A stretch of DNA of 64,000 bases from Massalongia carnosa (GCA_965645245.1 OZ287070.1:2914001-2978000), one strand, 5' to 3'. Shown: positions 12,301-22,332, counted from the stretch's first letter. Program-made: numbers and translations. The notes: generated by a model from the sequence alone, not told the origin.

Positions 12301-12622
12301 TAACCCGGATCAAGATATAGTTATCTATAACGATAACCTACAGACAATTCGCATTTTAACCTCCGAAATGGGAAAAACTGATACTAAATTGAGGCATATA
12401 GACGTCGCCCAATGCTGGCTTAGGCAATCTGTGCAAAGGGGGGAATTATGTGTTGACTATGTGCCGACCAATCAGATGGTCGCAGATGGTTTAACCAAGA
12501 TCCTACCTCCTCAAAAGCATCAAAATTTCGTCAAGCTATTAGGGCTAGTCAATGCCATGGACCTGGTCAACAATCAGAAGAAATTGGCCAATCAGAAGAA
12601 GGGAAATACGGCCACAAATTGA
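9317..12622 (+). CDS. pol: Copia B polyprotein, C-terminal part (GAG-pre-integrase, IN, RT, RNase H); N-terminus lies at 26602..33521
   Basis: WHLRLGH, TPEQNGVSER, KARLVVRG, LYGQRKSP, YVDD, ADASYA, MVADGLTK. Confidence 0.93.
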   Translation: MFTDTLIVKETGQQICEIKEHYGLSIIEYNPESIDIGFANSVQPRDTSKATPWKWHLRLGHCRPEVIDQLKKIDEVTVSKGVGGENAPRTIQCETCAVSKMHRVINKAPSGRAIKPYQVLHFDLTINDKGFDGTSCIAHFTDEFTSYVWVYPLNDHKEKTLLPIFKSLINQCDRAGISINSMVTTIRTGQETSIGKALEAWISQQGIEWSWSAKNTPEQNGVSERFGALLTEKARCIREYAKMPEDLYPECYLAAAHLMNRTPNKALEWDSPLVKLQKLTNPGQSVRYELAHLKVFGCKAYPLLKGADAPPKSNKLKPRAFVGYLVGYDSTNIFRIWNPEKGDVSGYRDVIFNEDELYSAYTSNKELLLKETEKASFIEFHLVEPRPAFQEIDSEEEEWLDLSVNKRIEQLTIEDNSPSQDEIQEKITPSSTPMQLETPIETPEPDISPNVSIDKRRAKKVRASTIDPPQLPQTGRTPLNVTEIEQSSGKRSDRINEANVIEGKRTRKPNPRYAANGAWSAEEMSKFPQFHTAFMAGTARMTNQLRTDDLPDPPSHWRALLRHPYADEFMKAANVEWEALFHKETWEIVDQDEAIQPILPLKWVFTYKTDSDGYLAKFKARLVVRGDLQQDNAQDVYAATLAFKVFRALMALVAAFGLKTRQLDAINAFLNAHNDEPIYCFLPDGFKLRKKVLKVKKALYGQRKSPLLWLRMLIGKCIELGLKQVPGEPCLFYTEGIILFFYVDDIVMAYRPEKEAEVEEYVQRFMKMIEIRDMGPLTYFLGVRVIYNIEEKTIHLIQDSYMNKLAKEYDIDEKSEAKTPLTPIFNEELAPYKGEVDPARMHLYRKKVGSICYPAIMTRPDIAKSASKLAEYLTNPGPSHMRAADHCLRYLYGTKYLGIQYSAKGGGEITTMANHGPVPANKQVFEATADASYANNPDRKSSEGYTFKLFGGMIDWAARKQLTVTTSTTEAELLSMLHAGKELIWWIHLFEKLQFNPDQDIVIYNDNLQTIRILTSEMGKTDTKLRHIDVAQCWLRQSVQRGELCVDYVPTNQMVADGLTKILPPQKHQNFVKLLGLVNAMDLVNNQKKLANQKKGNTATN

Positions 12623-13235
12623 ATCGGCCAAAAGCACTAGAAATCCAGGTAAATGTAAGACGTATGCTTCTACTCAGAGGGCGTGTTGGTCACGTGAATG
12701 GGGTGTCTCAATAATGTATGTTATTGATCTATACCCTTAGAATAAGGTGGGCATCGACCTCTTTATGCTACAGACGTGTCTCCCCCTAAGACTCCCTTAT
12801 CGGATAGCCCCCAGCTATCTGATTGGTCCAAATGGCTCCCGGCCCCTTTGGGCGGTTAGTGCCATCCGACATGGGTTTCCAGCCGTCCCCCTCGCCAGCC
12901 GTCCCCCTGAGACGGCATGTGGCCGACAGCGGAATCAGCCCATTAGGGTCGGGCCGGGTTCGGCGGCCGAGTCCATGCTGATGCCCCTTTTCCGTATCCT
13001 TCTCCGTAGTCTCTATGGCAGGTCCTGACATTATCCTCCCCCTAGGGCTCATGTCGCAGGAGGCTTCGACTCACGTGATATCTTCTTTTCGTTGTTGGTG
13101 ATATTCTTTGTTGTCGGATGCCCTCGTAATGCCAGTAATTCGAGCATAAATAGCCACTTGGCCTGTCTATCTCCCCTCAGTAGTCCCCAATCCATGACTT
13201 ACTTTTCATCAGTTCAATCCTCCAATTTCCCAATT

Positions 13236-13795
13236 ATGTCTGATGTACCACCCCCCGCCGCCAGTCGCCGTCGGCCACCCCGAGCGTACGATGTCCATTT
13301 GCCCGACTTTCCTCCCCCTGCTGCAGCGGTGCGGGTGCCTCCCAAATGGGTCGGCCCCACTTCGGAGGCTTCTCTCTGCCATCGGTGTTCCCAACACAAT
13401 CCTGAACTTAATTTCAACTGCACCACCGATAACCAGCCTCGGGGAAGTGCGCTGATTGCATTCGTCGAAAGGAGGTTTGTCGCCCGATCCCAGTTCCTTT
13501 TCGGCGGACGGTCCTTCGGTTGCTGTAAGAGGCAACCGCCATCAACAACCTGCCGACCCCAAATCGGGCCCGGTTCGCTGCTCTCGCTGCCAAGCATGAG
13601 CGATATGTCGCCCGTGTGGCCATTTGGGAGCGCGCCCGTGCCAAGGCCTTGAAAACCGACAGCGTGGAGGGACTAGATGCCCTTGCGCAGATCCGACGGC
13701 AGGCCTTTGAGACCGACGCCCTACTTCGGTGGGAAAAGGGGCTTCCCGTGACCGTCCCGGAGGGTGAGGAACAGGTGTCGGATCATGAGGGGTAG
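13236..13795 (+). pseudogene. Antisense accessory ORF of element D with a Zn2Cys6-like six-cysteine cluster (one frameshift, one stop)
   Basis: CHRC-x10-C, then after a -1 shift near 13444 KCADCIRRKEVC; TAA at 13526; helical-looking C-terminus to TAG at 13793..13795. Confidence 0.55.
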
Positions 13796-13895
13796 CTAGC
13801 TTTCTTTTTAGCAATAATCAAAGCTGTTTACTTAACTGTGTCTTAGGTCGATAAGATAAGATTATATTTTTCGCATGCCCGGTATGGGAAAAGAT

Positions 13896-16800
13896 CTATT
13901 TGCTTATCTTTCTTCTCTTTTCCCCGCTTTTCGACGGGTTCGATGGGTATGTCCGATGATAAATCCTAATTAGGTCTTGTGACCCTTCCATGTCTTCCAA
14001 TGACAGCCATTGATTGTCCGAATCCGGATATCCTTTCCATTTGACCAGATATTGCAGTTTCCCGTATCGGATTCGACTGCTCAGTACCTCCTCCACCTCG
14101 TATTGCTCCTCGCCGTCGACCTCGATGGCCGGGGGGAGCTCAGGACCTCTTGCTGAGTCTTCATTGTATGGTTCTAGAAGGTTGACGTGAAAGACGTCGT
14201 GGACGCCTTTTAGTAGCGGCGGTAGTTTCAGACGATACGTTTGCTTTCCTATAACCTTGGTTATCTCATAAGGACCGTAGTATTTATAGTCCAGTTTCTT
14301 TGAAGGCCTAGTAGATGAGATGTTTTTAGCATTAAGTAGTACCTTGTCCTTGACCCGATAGGTCATCGGGGTGTGCTTCTGATTGTAGTACTTAGCTTGA
14401 TCTGATGATGCTTTTTGCAGCAGAGTTTCGAGACGACGTCTCTTTTCGAGCGTTTCTATCGCCCTGTCTTTCGCTGCTGGCGTTTCCTTTTCGGTTTTCG
14501 TTATTTCCTCCTCCCACCTCGGTGCCTCTCCGAAAAGGGCCTCGAATGGGGACATTTTCAGTACGCTATGCCGACTGTTGTTGTAGGCGTATTCTGCCAT
14601 CGGTAGCCAGTACACCCAGTCGTCTTGTTGATAATTGACGTAGCAACGAAGGTACTGTTCCAACGTCTGGTTTTGACGTTCCGTTTGCCCGTCGGTCTGG
14701 GGGTGAAAGGCCGTACTGTAATTGAGCCGTACCCTCAGATGATAGCAAAAGTTGGACCAGAAATTCGAGGTGAACAGGCTTCCCCTGTCGGTCACCAGCG
14801 AGACCGGCATTCCAAAGCGGGTGAAGACTTCTTCTACCAGGGCGTCGGCAAGGTTCTCCGCCGTCCAGTCTTTCCTGGCCGCGATGTATCGGGCGTACTT
14901 TGTATACCTGTCAACAATTACTAGTATTGCATCAAAAATAAGGCTGCGGCGGATGCTCGGGGGCAAATCCGTAATGAAATCTAGTGTCCAATTCTGTCTT
15001 GGACCCAGAGGTACTGGCAAGGATTCTAATTCGCCGAATGGTCTATGCCTGACTGCCTTGACTTGATGACAGCGAGTACAGGTATCAACGTAGTGCTTGA
15101 CATCAGGGGCCATTCGGGGCCAGTAGTATTTTCGTTGGAGAAGTTCTGTCGTTCTGAGGGTACCGAAATGCCCTGCGTTTGGATCATCATGATTCCTTTT
15201 TAGCAGTTCGTTTCTCAGCAATCCAGGCGGTATATACCACCTGTTATTTCGACAGAGGATGTCATCTTTGAGATGCCAGAGCCCGTCTTCTTTCTCATCG
15301 GCAGGAAGGTCGTCTCCTGCGACCCCCTCCATTCCCTCGGTGGGCTGCCTCTGACCATCCCTTTCCTGATCCAGCTCTCCCTGCAACGACGATGCGGCGA
15401 GGGGCCGTCTTCGCTTCGCAAGGTGATCAGTCTCTTGAAGAATACGAAGGACGGTGCTGAGTTCCAGGGGGGGCGATGCAAAGGCAGCTTCCGACTCAGT
15501 CACGTCTAGGACGCGCTGGCTTAATGTGTCCGAGTCCCTCTCGGCCTCGACGAGTCGGAATCCCACAGGCTTGGAGTCAGCCGCGGTCTCGTCTGACTTC
15601 GGAGGGGCAGGCTTTTTGCCCTTTTTCTTCCCCCCCTTGGTCCTTCTCATTGCCGCCTGGATATCAGGATCCGACGCCCGTGCAGCATTCGGGGTGGTAT
15701 CCATCCCTACGACAGCAATTGAGGATTCCGTGCGCGTCTCCGGTGGAGTATTGTTGAAGACGAAGGATTCCTTCGGCCCTTGACCGACTTCATCTGAAGA
15801 AACTAATGCGTAGGCTCTCGTTTGATATACCTCGCTTTCCCCCCCGACGACCCCCTGACCCAGCAGCGTGGCCTCGTCTTGACGATGCAAGCCTGGCCCT
15901 GCGTAGTCCGGGCGTCGCGAGGGTCCATCTGCCGGATTATTCCGACCAGGTCTGTACTCGAGCTGTAGGTCTAGACTGGATAGTCTTTCCCACCAACGCG
16001 CTTCGCGTCTAGATAGTGTTTTGGTTGTGAAAAAGGTGCGAAGGTTTCCATGATCGGTGAGCACTTTGACGGGGAAGTTTGCCCCTTCAAGATAGTGTCT
16101 CCAATTTTTGCACGCTTCCACGATTGCTAACATTTCCTTCTCCCCGACCCCATAATTGATTTCTGCAGGGGTCATTTTCCGGGACCAGAAGGCGATCGGG
16201 TGCCATTGGCCCGTTTCTTCGACTAGTTGACTGAGGATTCCTGATAGGGCGAAATCTGACGCATCCGTCTCGAGCTTAATACGCCTTGCAGGATCGAAAT
16301 GCAGCAACATTGGGGCGCTAGTGAACGCGATTTTTAACGCCTCAAAAGCCCCCTTTGCCTTGTCCGTCCACACGAACTTCCCCCGGAAACGGCCTTTGTC
16401 CCCACCTTTCAGCAAGGAAGTGATTGGCGCCACTATGCGCGAGAATCCTTTGATGAAGCGTCTATAGAAGTTGGCGAATCCAAGAAAGACTTGAACTTCT
16501 CGATGAGATTTCGGCTCCGGCCATTGCGTCACCGTAAAAATTCGTCCTGGGTCCATGGCGATGCCTTTTCGGGAGAGTATGTAGCCCAGGAAGTCCAGCT
16601 CGTACGCGTGGAAGATGCATTTCGATAACTTTGCGTGTAGTTTCCATTTCCGCAATTGATCCAGAACCCATCGAACGTGGCCCGAATGCTCCTCTTCCGT
16701 CTTGGAGAAGATGAGGATGTCGTCAAGATATACTACTACGAACTGGTCGAGATTCTCTTTCAACACCTCGTGAATGAACGCTTGAAAGGAGGCGGGGGCA

Positions 16801-17975
16801 TTGACCAGTCCGAAGGGCATGACTCTATACTCAAAATGGCCATATCTACATCTGAAGGCCGTCTTCCATTCGTCCCCGGCGGCGATTCGGAGGGTGTTGT
16901 ATGCGTCCCTCAAATCCAACTTGGTGTAGATAGCCGACCCGCTGACGATGTCGAACAGCCCCTGGATCAGGGGTAGAGGGTACTTATTCTTAATCGTAGC
17001 AGCATTTAGGGCCCGATAATCGACACAGAGACGTAGACTACCATCTTTCTTCTTGGTGAATAGGATGGGCGCGCCTAGTCGTGAGGTGCTATGGGTAATA
17101 TACCCTTTTGCCAGGTTTTCGTCGATGTAGTCTTTTAGGGTTTCTAGTTCGGTGAGGGAGAGGTTATACATGGCCCGGGTCGGGGGTGGTTCGCCTTCCA
17201 GATTGATTTTATGGTCGTGGGGCCCTCGTTCTGGTAGCACTGAAGCTTTTTCATTGGAGCAGACGTCACTGTAGGATTGATACAGAGGCAGAAGTTTATT
17301 GCTAGACGTAGAGATGGCACCAACTATTGACTCCGACTCCGGGCTCCCACCGAGCACTTCCCGAATGTCTATTAGGAATGCGTCGACGCCCTCGCATTCG
17401 CAGATGTCAAAGATCTCCTGCTCACTCACCATTGCCACTACTGGGAGATTGATACTTCGATGAGGGGTTTCCTCATCGCCTACAGTGACCCCGGGACGTT
17501 CCCCTGGCAGGTCATCTCGTACTTCACCCTCAATGAGGTGGCTTTCATGGATTATCCTCCTTTCGCGCCAGCCGATGGATGGATTGGCATGACCCAACCA
17601 GGGCAAGCCCAGGATCATGTCCACCCCATACATGTCTGACGCGACGAATGCCTGCTCGGCCACTCGCTCAAGACCATTGTCATCAACAACCCCGACGCGC
17701 AGGGCATGATCAAAATAAGTCTGGAAGGGGGTTCCATCGAGAGTTTTCAACCCAGATGGTGGAGGGGAGCCGGGAGGATCTCGAACACCTACCTCATTTA
17801 GCCAGGTTTGAGCGATAAGGTTCCAAGTTGCTCCGCAGTCGATCATTGCTCGGACACGATGCTGACTGTTGTCGTAATATAGGAAAACCGTTGAGAAGAG
17901 GTGGCGGCATGGGGATTTCCTCATTTGCCGGGCCAATACGACGGAGGCAACGTCTATTGGCCCCGACCTTTTCCC
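13896..17975 (-). CDS. pol: Pol of element D (PR-RT-RNase H-IN-chromodomain), entered by -1 frameshift
   Basis: MIDCGAT, YLDD, ETDASD, DGQTER, EQYEVEEVLSSR...YLVKWKGY chromodomain; open frame. Confidence 0.95.
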   Translation of the reverse strand, partial: GKRSGPIDVASVVLARQMRKSPCRHLFSTVFLYYDNSQHRVRAMIDCGATWNLIAQTWLNEVGVRDPPGSPPPSGLKTLDGTPFQTYFDHALRVGVVDDNGLERVAEQAFVASDMYGVDMILGLPWLGHANPSIGWRERRIIHESHLIEGEVRDDLPGERPGVTVGDEETPHRSINLPVVAMVSEQEIFDICECEGVDAFLIDIREVLGGSPESESIVGAISTSSNKLLPLYQSYSDVCSNEKASVLPERGPHDHKINLEGEPPPTRAMYNLSLTELETLKDYIDENLAKGYITHSTSRLGAPILFTKKKDGSLRLCVDYRALNAATIKNKYPLPLIQGLFDIVSGSAIYTKLDLRDAYNTLRIAAGDEWKTAFRCRYGHFEYRVMPFGLVNAPASFQAFIHEVLKENLDQFVVVYLDDILIFSKTEEEHSGHVRWVLDQLRKWKLHAKLSKCIFHAYELDFLGYILSRKGIAMDPGRIFTVTQWPEPKSHREVQVFLGFANFYRRFIKGFSRIVAPITSLLKGGDKGRFRGKFVWTDKAKGAFEALKIAFTSAPMLLHFDPARRIKLETDASDFALSGILSQLVEETGQWHPIAFWSRKMTPAEINYGVGEKEMLAIVEACKNWRHYLEGANFPVKVLTDHGNLRTFFTTKTLSRREARWWERLSSLDLQLEYRPGRNNPADGPSRRPDYAGPGLHRQDEATLLGQGVVGGESEVYQTRAYALVSSDEVGQGPKESFVFNNTPPETRTESSIAVVGMDTTPNAARASDPDIQAAMRRTKGGKKKGKKPAPPKSDETAADSKPVGFRLVEAERDSDTLSQRVLDVTESEAAFASPPLELSTVLRILQETDHLAKRRRPLAASSLQGELDQERDGQRQPTEGMEGVAGDDLPADEKEDGLWHLKDDILCRNNRWYIPPGLLRNELLKRNHDDPNAGHFGTLRTTELLQRKYYWPRMAPDVKHYVDTCTRCHQVKAVRHRPFGELESLPVPLGPRQNWTLDFITDLPPSIRRSLIFDAILVIVDRYTKYARYIAARKDWTAENLADALVEEVFTRFGMPVSLVTDRGSLFTSNFWSNFCYHLRVRLNYSTAFHPQTDGQTERQNQTLEQYLRCYVNYQQDDWVYWLPMAEYAYNNSRHSVLKMSPFEALFGEAPRWEEEITKTEKETPAAKDRAIETLEKRRRLETLLQKASSDQAKYYNQKHTPMTYRVKDKVLLNAKNISSTRPSKKLDYKYYGPYEITKVIGKQTYRLKLPPLLKGVHDVFHVNLLEPYNEDSARGPELPPAIEVDGEEQYEVEEVLSSRIRYGKLQYLVKWKGYPDSDNQWLSLEDMEGSQDLIRIYHRTYPSNPSKSGEKRRKISK

Positions 17976-19057
17976 GGCCGGCGGGACGATCCCCGCGGCG
18001 ACGGCCGGGACCGACCTTCGAATTGAAGGTGCCCCATTTTCCCGCAGTTCCAGCAATCCTTATCCGACCGATTTCCTTTTGGTCTCGTAGGGGGCGGGGC
18101 TTCTTGATCTTGCTGATCTTCCTGATCATCCAGCTTTCTTTTGTTTGATTAGTGGTTCGGATTAATCACGGGTGCCTGTGGAGCGTCAGCGGGTCCATCT
18201 TCTTCAGGTTTGGGGGTTGAGGAAGATTGATTGTTTCGATTTTGATTCCGGCTTTTATTGAAAGTCTTCTTCCATCCATCGGGTTTTGGCTCAACCCTTT
18301 CCGCAATCCTCACCGCCTCGACCAGTTCCGCCCTGGTCGTCCCCTGACTACCCGCCCGGATCACAGCCGTCTTCAAGTAGTCGTGCACGCTGTGTAGGAG
18401 GTTGGAATGCTTCTGCATTTCCGTGGGGGGTTCGGGGAGTTGAGCTTCTAGGCTTTCCAGATATGTGACAAAATCGGACACGGTCTGCCCCTGGAATTGG
18501 CGCAATTTCTTCAGTTGTCCCCCCAGATCCATCAAGCGTAGATGCTTCGGTTTGAGCTTTTCCTGGAGGAAGTCAGCAAAGATTTTCCAGGTGAGCTCAC
18601 CTTCCGCCGCCTTCGTCGTCGCTTCCTTCTCACGGTGCCAATCGTCGGCAGGGGCTCCGGATAGATAGTTCTCGGCGTAGAGGACCTGTGCCGAGGGCGA
18701 TTCGTATGTGACTGGCTTCTGCAGAAAAGTTCTCTTGCAGTCACGTAGGAATGTGTCAAACGCCCGCTGATTGTCGCCGGCGTAGGTCGTCGGGTCTACG
18801 GAACGAAGAGACCTTTCCAGGGCCAGCGGGTCGACGGGTTTGGTTCGATCCGTGAGAGTGGGGAAGCCGGCGGCCTTTTCCTTCTTCAGGTCCTCCAGCG
18901 TTTTGGCTAGGTGCGCCTGCTTCCGTTCAGCCTCAATGGCCTCAACTTCTCGCTGCATGTCTGCCATGGTGGCGGAAATTAGGGTCTCGTCCGGGTTAGG
19001 TGTCGGGTTCGCCCCGGAAGCGGTGGACGAAGACATTTGCGATCTAGTTAATACCAT
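17954..19057 (-). pseudogene. gag: Gag of element D with premature TAA at 18149..18151
   Basis: Frame continues past the stop into CWNCGKMGHLQFEG (knuckle with last Cys lost), then GGGAAAA and TAG at 17954..17956. Confidence 0.85.
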
Positions 19058-20660
19058 AGGTTGAAATGTCGAGGTAATGAGGAATGACCAACGGGCTCCC
19101 TAGAAGGTTGGATAGATCAAAGTGTAAGACGTATGCTTCTACTCAGAGGGCGTGTTGGTCACGTGAATGGGGTGTCTCAATAATGTATGTTATTGATCTA
19201 TGCCCTTAGAATAAGGTGGGCATCGACCTCTTTATGCTACAGACGTGTCTCCCCCTAAGACTCCCTTATCGGATAGCCCCCAGCTATCTGATTGGTCCAA
19301 ATGGCTCCCGGCCCCTTTGGGCGGTTAGTGCCATCCGACATGGGTTTCCAGCCGTCCCCCTCGCCAGCCGTCCCCCTGAGACGGCATGTGGCCGACAGCG
19401 GAATCAGCCCATTAGGGTCGGGCCGGGTTCGGCGGCCGAGTCCATGCTGATGCCCCTTTTCCGTATCCTTCTCCGTAGTCTCTATGGCAGGTCCTGACAG
19501 TAAAACATGGAAATTTTCACCTAATATAGGTTTTTCGGTCATGGCAGCTTTGGTCAAAGCTGGGGGGTATGTCAGGCGATTAGGGGTCACATGACCCCCC
19601 ATGGGTCACATGACCCACGAACCACTATGAGATATCCCTCAGTTAGCTAGCCTAGACCTCCCATAGATCAATACACACCACTCCTTTTCACTCATATTCC
19701 ACATTAGCCCATACAGCTTGATAAAGAGCTTAGGTTATGGATTGTCCTATCCTATATAGATCAATGATCAAGCACTTCAAAAGTGTAGCATTTAGTCTAC
19801 CCTTTGACCCGACCTTACCTATTTTGTACCTCTATTGTGACTATCACGTTGTGTAGCCCCTGTGGATCCCCTCTTCCAGTAGTGAATGCCTGCTGGGAGA
19901 CGGTCTCCCCGTTTCAGGTCAAGACGAAAATCATCTCAACTGATCATCAGGGCAAAAAGCCTCAGAAACTGTATATCGTTATAATCCTCCGCGTAGGAGG
20001 CAATGGCCCAAAAAAACGGCCTCAAGAGTAGAATCGTACAATTGGTCCCAAAATGCCGGCAATGGCGGATAAACACCACCAAAAGTGTATGGCGTAACGT
20101 CGAAAATTACCGGAGGAAGCGGGCTATCTACGCTGTATACAAACGGGGCCTTAATCAAGCTCGTTTCAAATGACTCTCACTTCGTAAACTTGCAACCAAT
20201 TTTCCTTATAATCTGTCAGGGTCCTAGCCTGACATAGAGATAGAAGGTTGACCTTAGAGGTGTTCGAGGTAACCGGTTAGGCTTAGCGCCAGCCGAGATA
20301 GAAAGAGGGATCACGGGATCGCGCGAGGCTAGCGCGACACTCGACGCAGATATTTCTAGCGAGTCGCGCACAATAATTCTATTCTTTCTTTGTAGATAAA
20401 TTTTAGTTTAATAGCGGTTGAAAAGAATCGACGACAGCTACCTTACACAATTTATCTACCTACCTATCAGTATTCTTTCTTCCAGAACTTCCAGTAGGGA
20501 CGAGGTCCCGTTCCAGCAACTTCCTTCCAGTTAGGGTGAAGACCCGTTCCAGTAACCTTCCAGACTGATCGTTTGTGCGAATCCAAACCGATCCAAATTC
20601 CAGAACTTCCAGAATTTTCAGAGCCAGGGAATCAAGCTTTCCCACTTCCAGTATCCAGTC

Positions 20661-22307
20661 ATGAGCTCAAAAACGCCCATGACAGCAAGAAAAGTCGGAG
20701 CCCCTCCCACGGAGGCTCAGACTGGTCCAGCATTTAACACCCGCGCTCGTTCCGCCTCCCGCCATTCGTGTCGTTCGGATAGCAGTATGCCAGGAACGTT
20801 CGAAGACTCCGAGCTACTGCAGAACGAGCAAATGAGAGAAACCACGGAGGGGACGTGGGAAAACACCTCAAGAGCAGGGCGCGGAAAAGAAAAGGAAATT
20901 TTCCAAACAATAGACGTCTCCAACCACCCATACTACGAACAGGATGCAGCGGAGCATCCGTCTCTCGTCGTGGCACACAACTTGAAAGAATTGCAGAGCA
21001 TCTTGCGAGATGAGAAAGAAGGACCCCGATGGTACGATTTTCTCGCGAGAGCGCTCGAATACGATAAGACCCTATTCGAAAAATACATCTCTATGCAGAA
21101 CGATCAGGAGAAGCTTGCCGAAGCAAAAAAGATCAACAGACGTTACAAGCAAGTAAATGAACGTCTCATCGCAGAAAAGGATGATGCCGAACGAGAGGCC
21201 CTTCTCGCGCAAGAAGAACTCTCGCATAGAGATATCGAATTGGAGACAACGACTCTAGCAAAAGAGAGATTACAGAAAGACAGAGACTCCTTGATCCGCC
21301 AGTTTGCGGAAACACAGGAAACACCACGTCAGCAACGGGAAGACACCGTTGCTACCTCAAGCACTAACTACAATCCTCAGAATTGGCGACCTCGTGGTAT
21401 AAACCCTAGCAAGCCACTAAAAGGTGAAGACTCGGAGGAGTATAGCCCTTGGGCGTACTCCGTCCGCAACAAACTGAAGACAGACGCACCCCTCTACGCC
21501 GACGAGAGTGAAAAGGTCGGTTACGCGCTGTCTCAAATGGAAGCGCCGATCTTCGGGGCTATGCATTCTTGGGTACCGGATATGGGAGACTCACTATCGG
21601 CCGATGCTTTGTTCGAAGAGATAGAACACTACATGGGCATCCACCTCCAGAGCCGCGACGCCAAGAAAGAACTCCTCACCGTCACCATGAAAGGGGGCGA
21701 AAGCGTCAGCGAGTATTACCACCGAATCTTCAAGCTATGGCAGAAAGCCAAAACTCCCGTTGACGAGCGAATTGAAAAGTTCCTCGTGACGTTAAAGCCT
21801 AGCATCTCCAGCTCTCTTATGGGTTCCGTCTTTACCGATTTCCGCCCTCTACTTGACGAAGCACGAAGAATCGAAGACCGCCGCAAAGATGTGGCACATC
21901 ACTTTCCCCGCCCCGATAAACCAGCTGCAACGAAGAACTCCGGCCAACGAAGCAACTTCTCCGGTGGACAGTCCTCAAACCAATCCTCCGGTGGAAAGTC
22001 CGTCTCAGCCTCCACCAACCAGATCAACTCCAGAAAATCGGACGATCGGCCAAACGCGAAGCTGACGCCAACAATAGTCAAGCCGGCCGGTTGGGTAGGC
22101 ACGTGGTACGATCCAGACCCGAACCCAAAGAAGCTGAAGGATGACGATCGTGAGTCCCTCTCCCGCCAACGCCGATGCTGGGCATGTAGGGGATCGGGAC
22201 ATCGAGGACACGATACCATCTGTCCTCAATACAAGGACAAGAATCTGAGCACCATGGGAACTGTAGAAACAGATTCAGGAACGGAATCTGATGCGGGAAA
22301 AGTCTAG
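20661..22307 (+). CDS. gag: Gag of element A copy 2
   Basis: Same translation as 7221..8867. Confidence 0.93.
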   Translation: MSSKTPMTARKVGAPPTEAQTGPAFNTRARSASRHSCRSDSSMPGTFEDSELLQNEQMRETTEGTWENTSRAGRGKEKEIFQTIDVSNHPYYEQDAAEHPSLVVAHNLKELQSILRDEKEGPRWYDFLARALEYDKTLFEKYISMQNDQEKLAEAKKINRRYKQVNERLIAEKDDAEREALLAQEELSHRDIELETTTLAKERLQKDRDSLIRQFAETQETPRQQREDTVATSSTNYNPQNWRPRGINPSKPLKGEDSEEYSPWAYSVRNKLKTDAPLYADESEKVGYALSQMEAPIFGAMHSWVPDMGDSLSADALFEEIEHYMGIHLQSRDAKKELLTVTMKGGESVSEYYHRIFKLWQKAKTPVDERIEKFLVTLKPSISSSLMGSVFTDFRPLLDEARRIEDRRKDVAHHFPRPDKPAATKNSGQRSNFSGGQSSNQSSGGKSVSASTNQINSRKSDDRPNAKLTPTIVKPAGWVGTWYDPDPNPKKLKDDDRESLSRQRRCWACRGSGHRGHDTICPQYKDKNLSTMGTVETDSGTESDAGKV

Positions 22308-22332
22308 TCCTTGATCAAAATCGCGATCAAGG
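22295..22332 (+). promoter_or_regulatory. -1 ribosomal frameshift signal (G GGA AAA plus stem CCTTGATC/GATCAAGG)
   Basis: X XXY YYZ heptamer just before the gag stop; -1 frame is open and continuous with pol. Confidence 0.8.

Larger units (their letters stand above)
12654..19499 (-). mobile_element. Ty3/Gypsy chromovirus D, inserted in the 3' UTR of copia B
   Basis: 377-bp LTRs at 12654..13030 and 19123..19499; 5-bp TSD GTAAA on both sides. Confidence 0.97.
9315..19723 (+). mobile_element. Ty1/Copia element B, 3' half (inverted relative to its 5' half; interrupted by element D)
   Basis: IN-RT-RNase H ORF, G-rich PPT, 3' LTR 19570..19723 matching the reverse complement of 33572..33725. Confidence 0.93.

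Noticed and set aside
12747..13052. Repeated 93-115 aa ORFs (also 19216..19602 and 46365..46655)
   Set aside because: They recur only because they lie in copies of the family D LTR; no protein motifs
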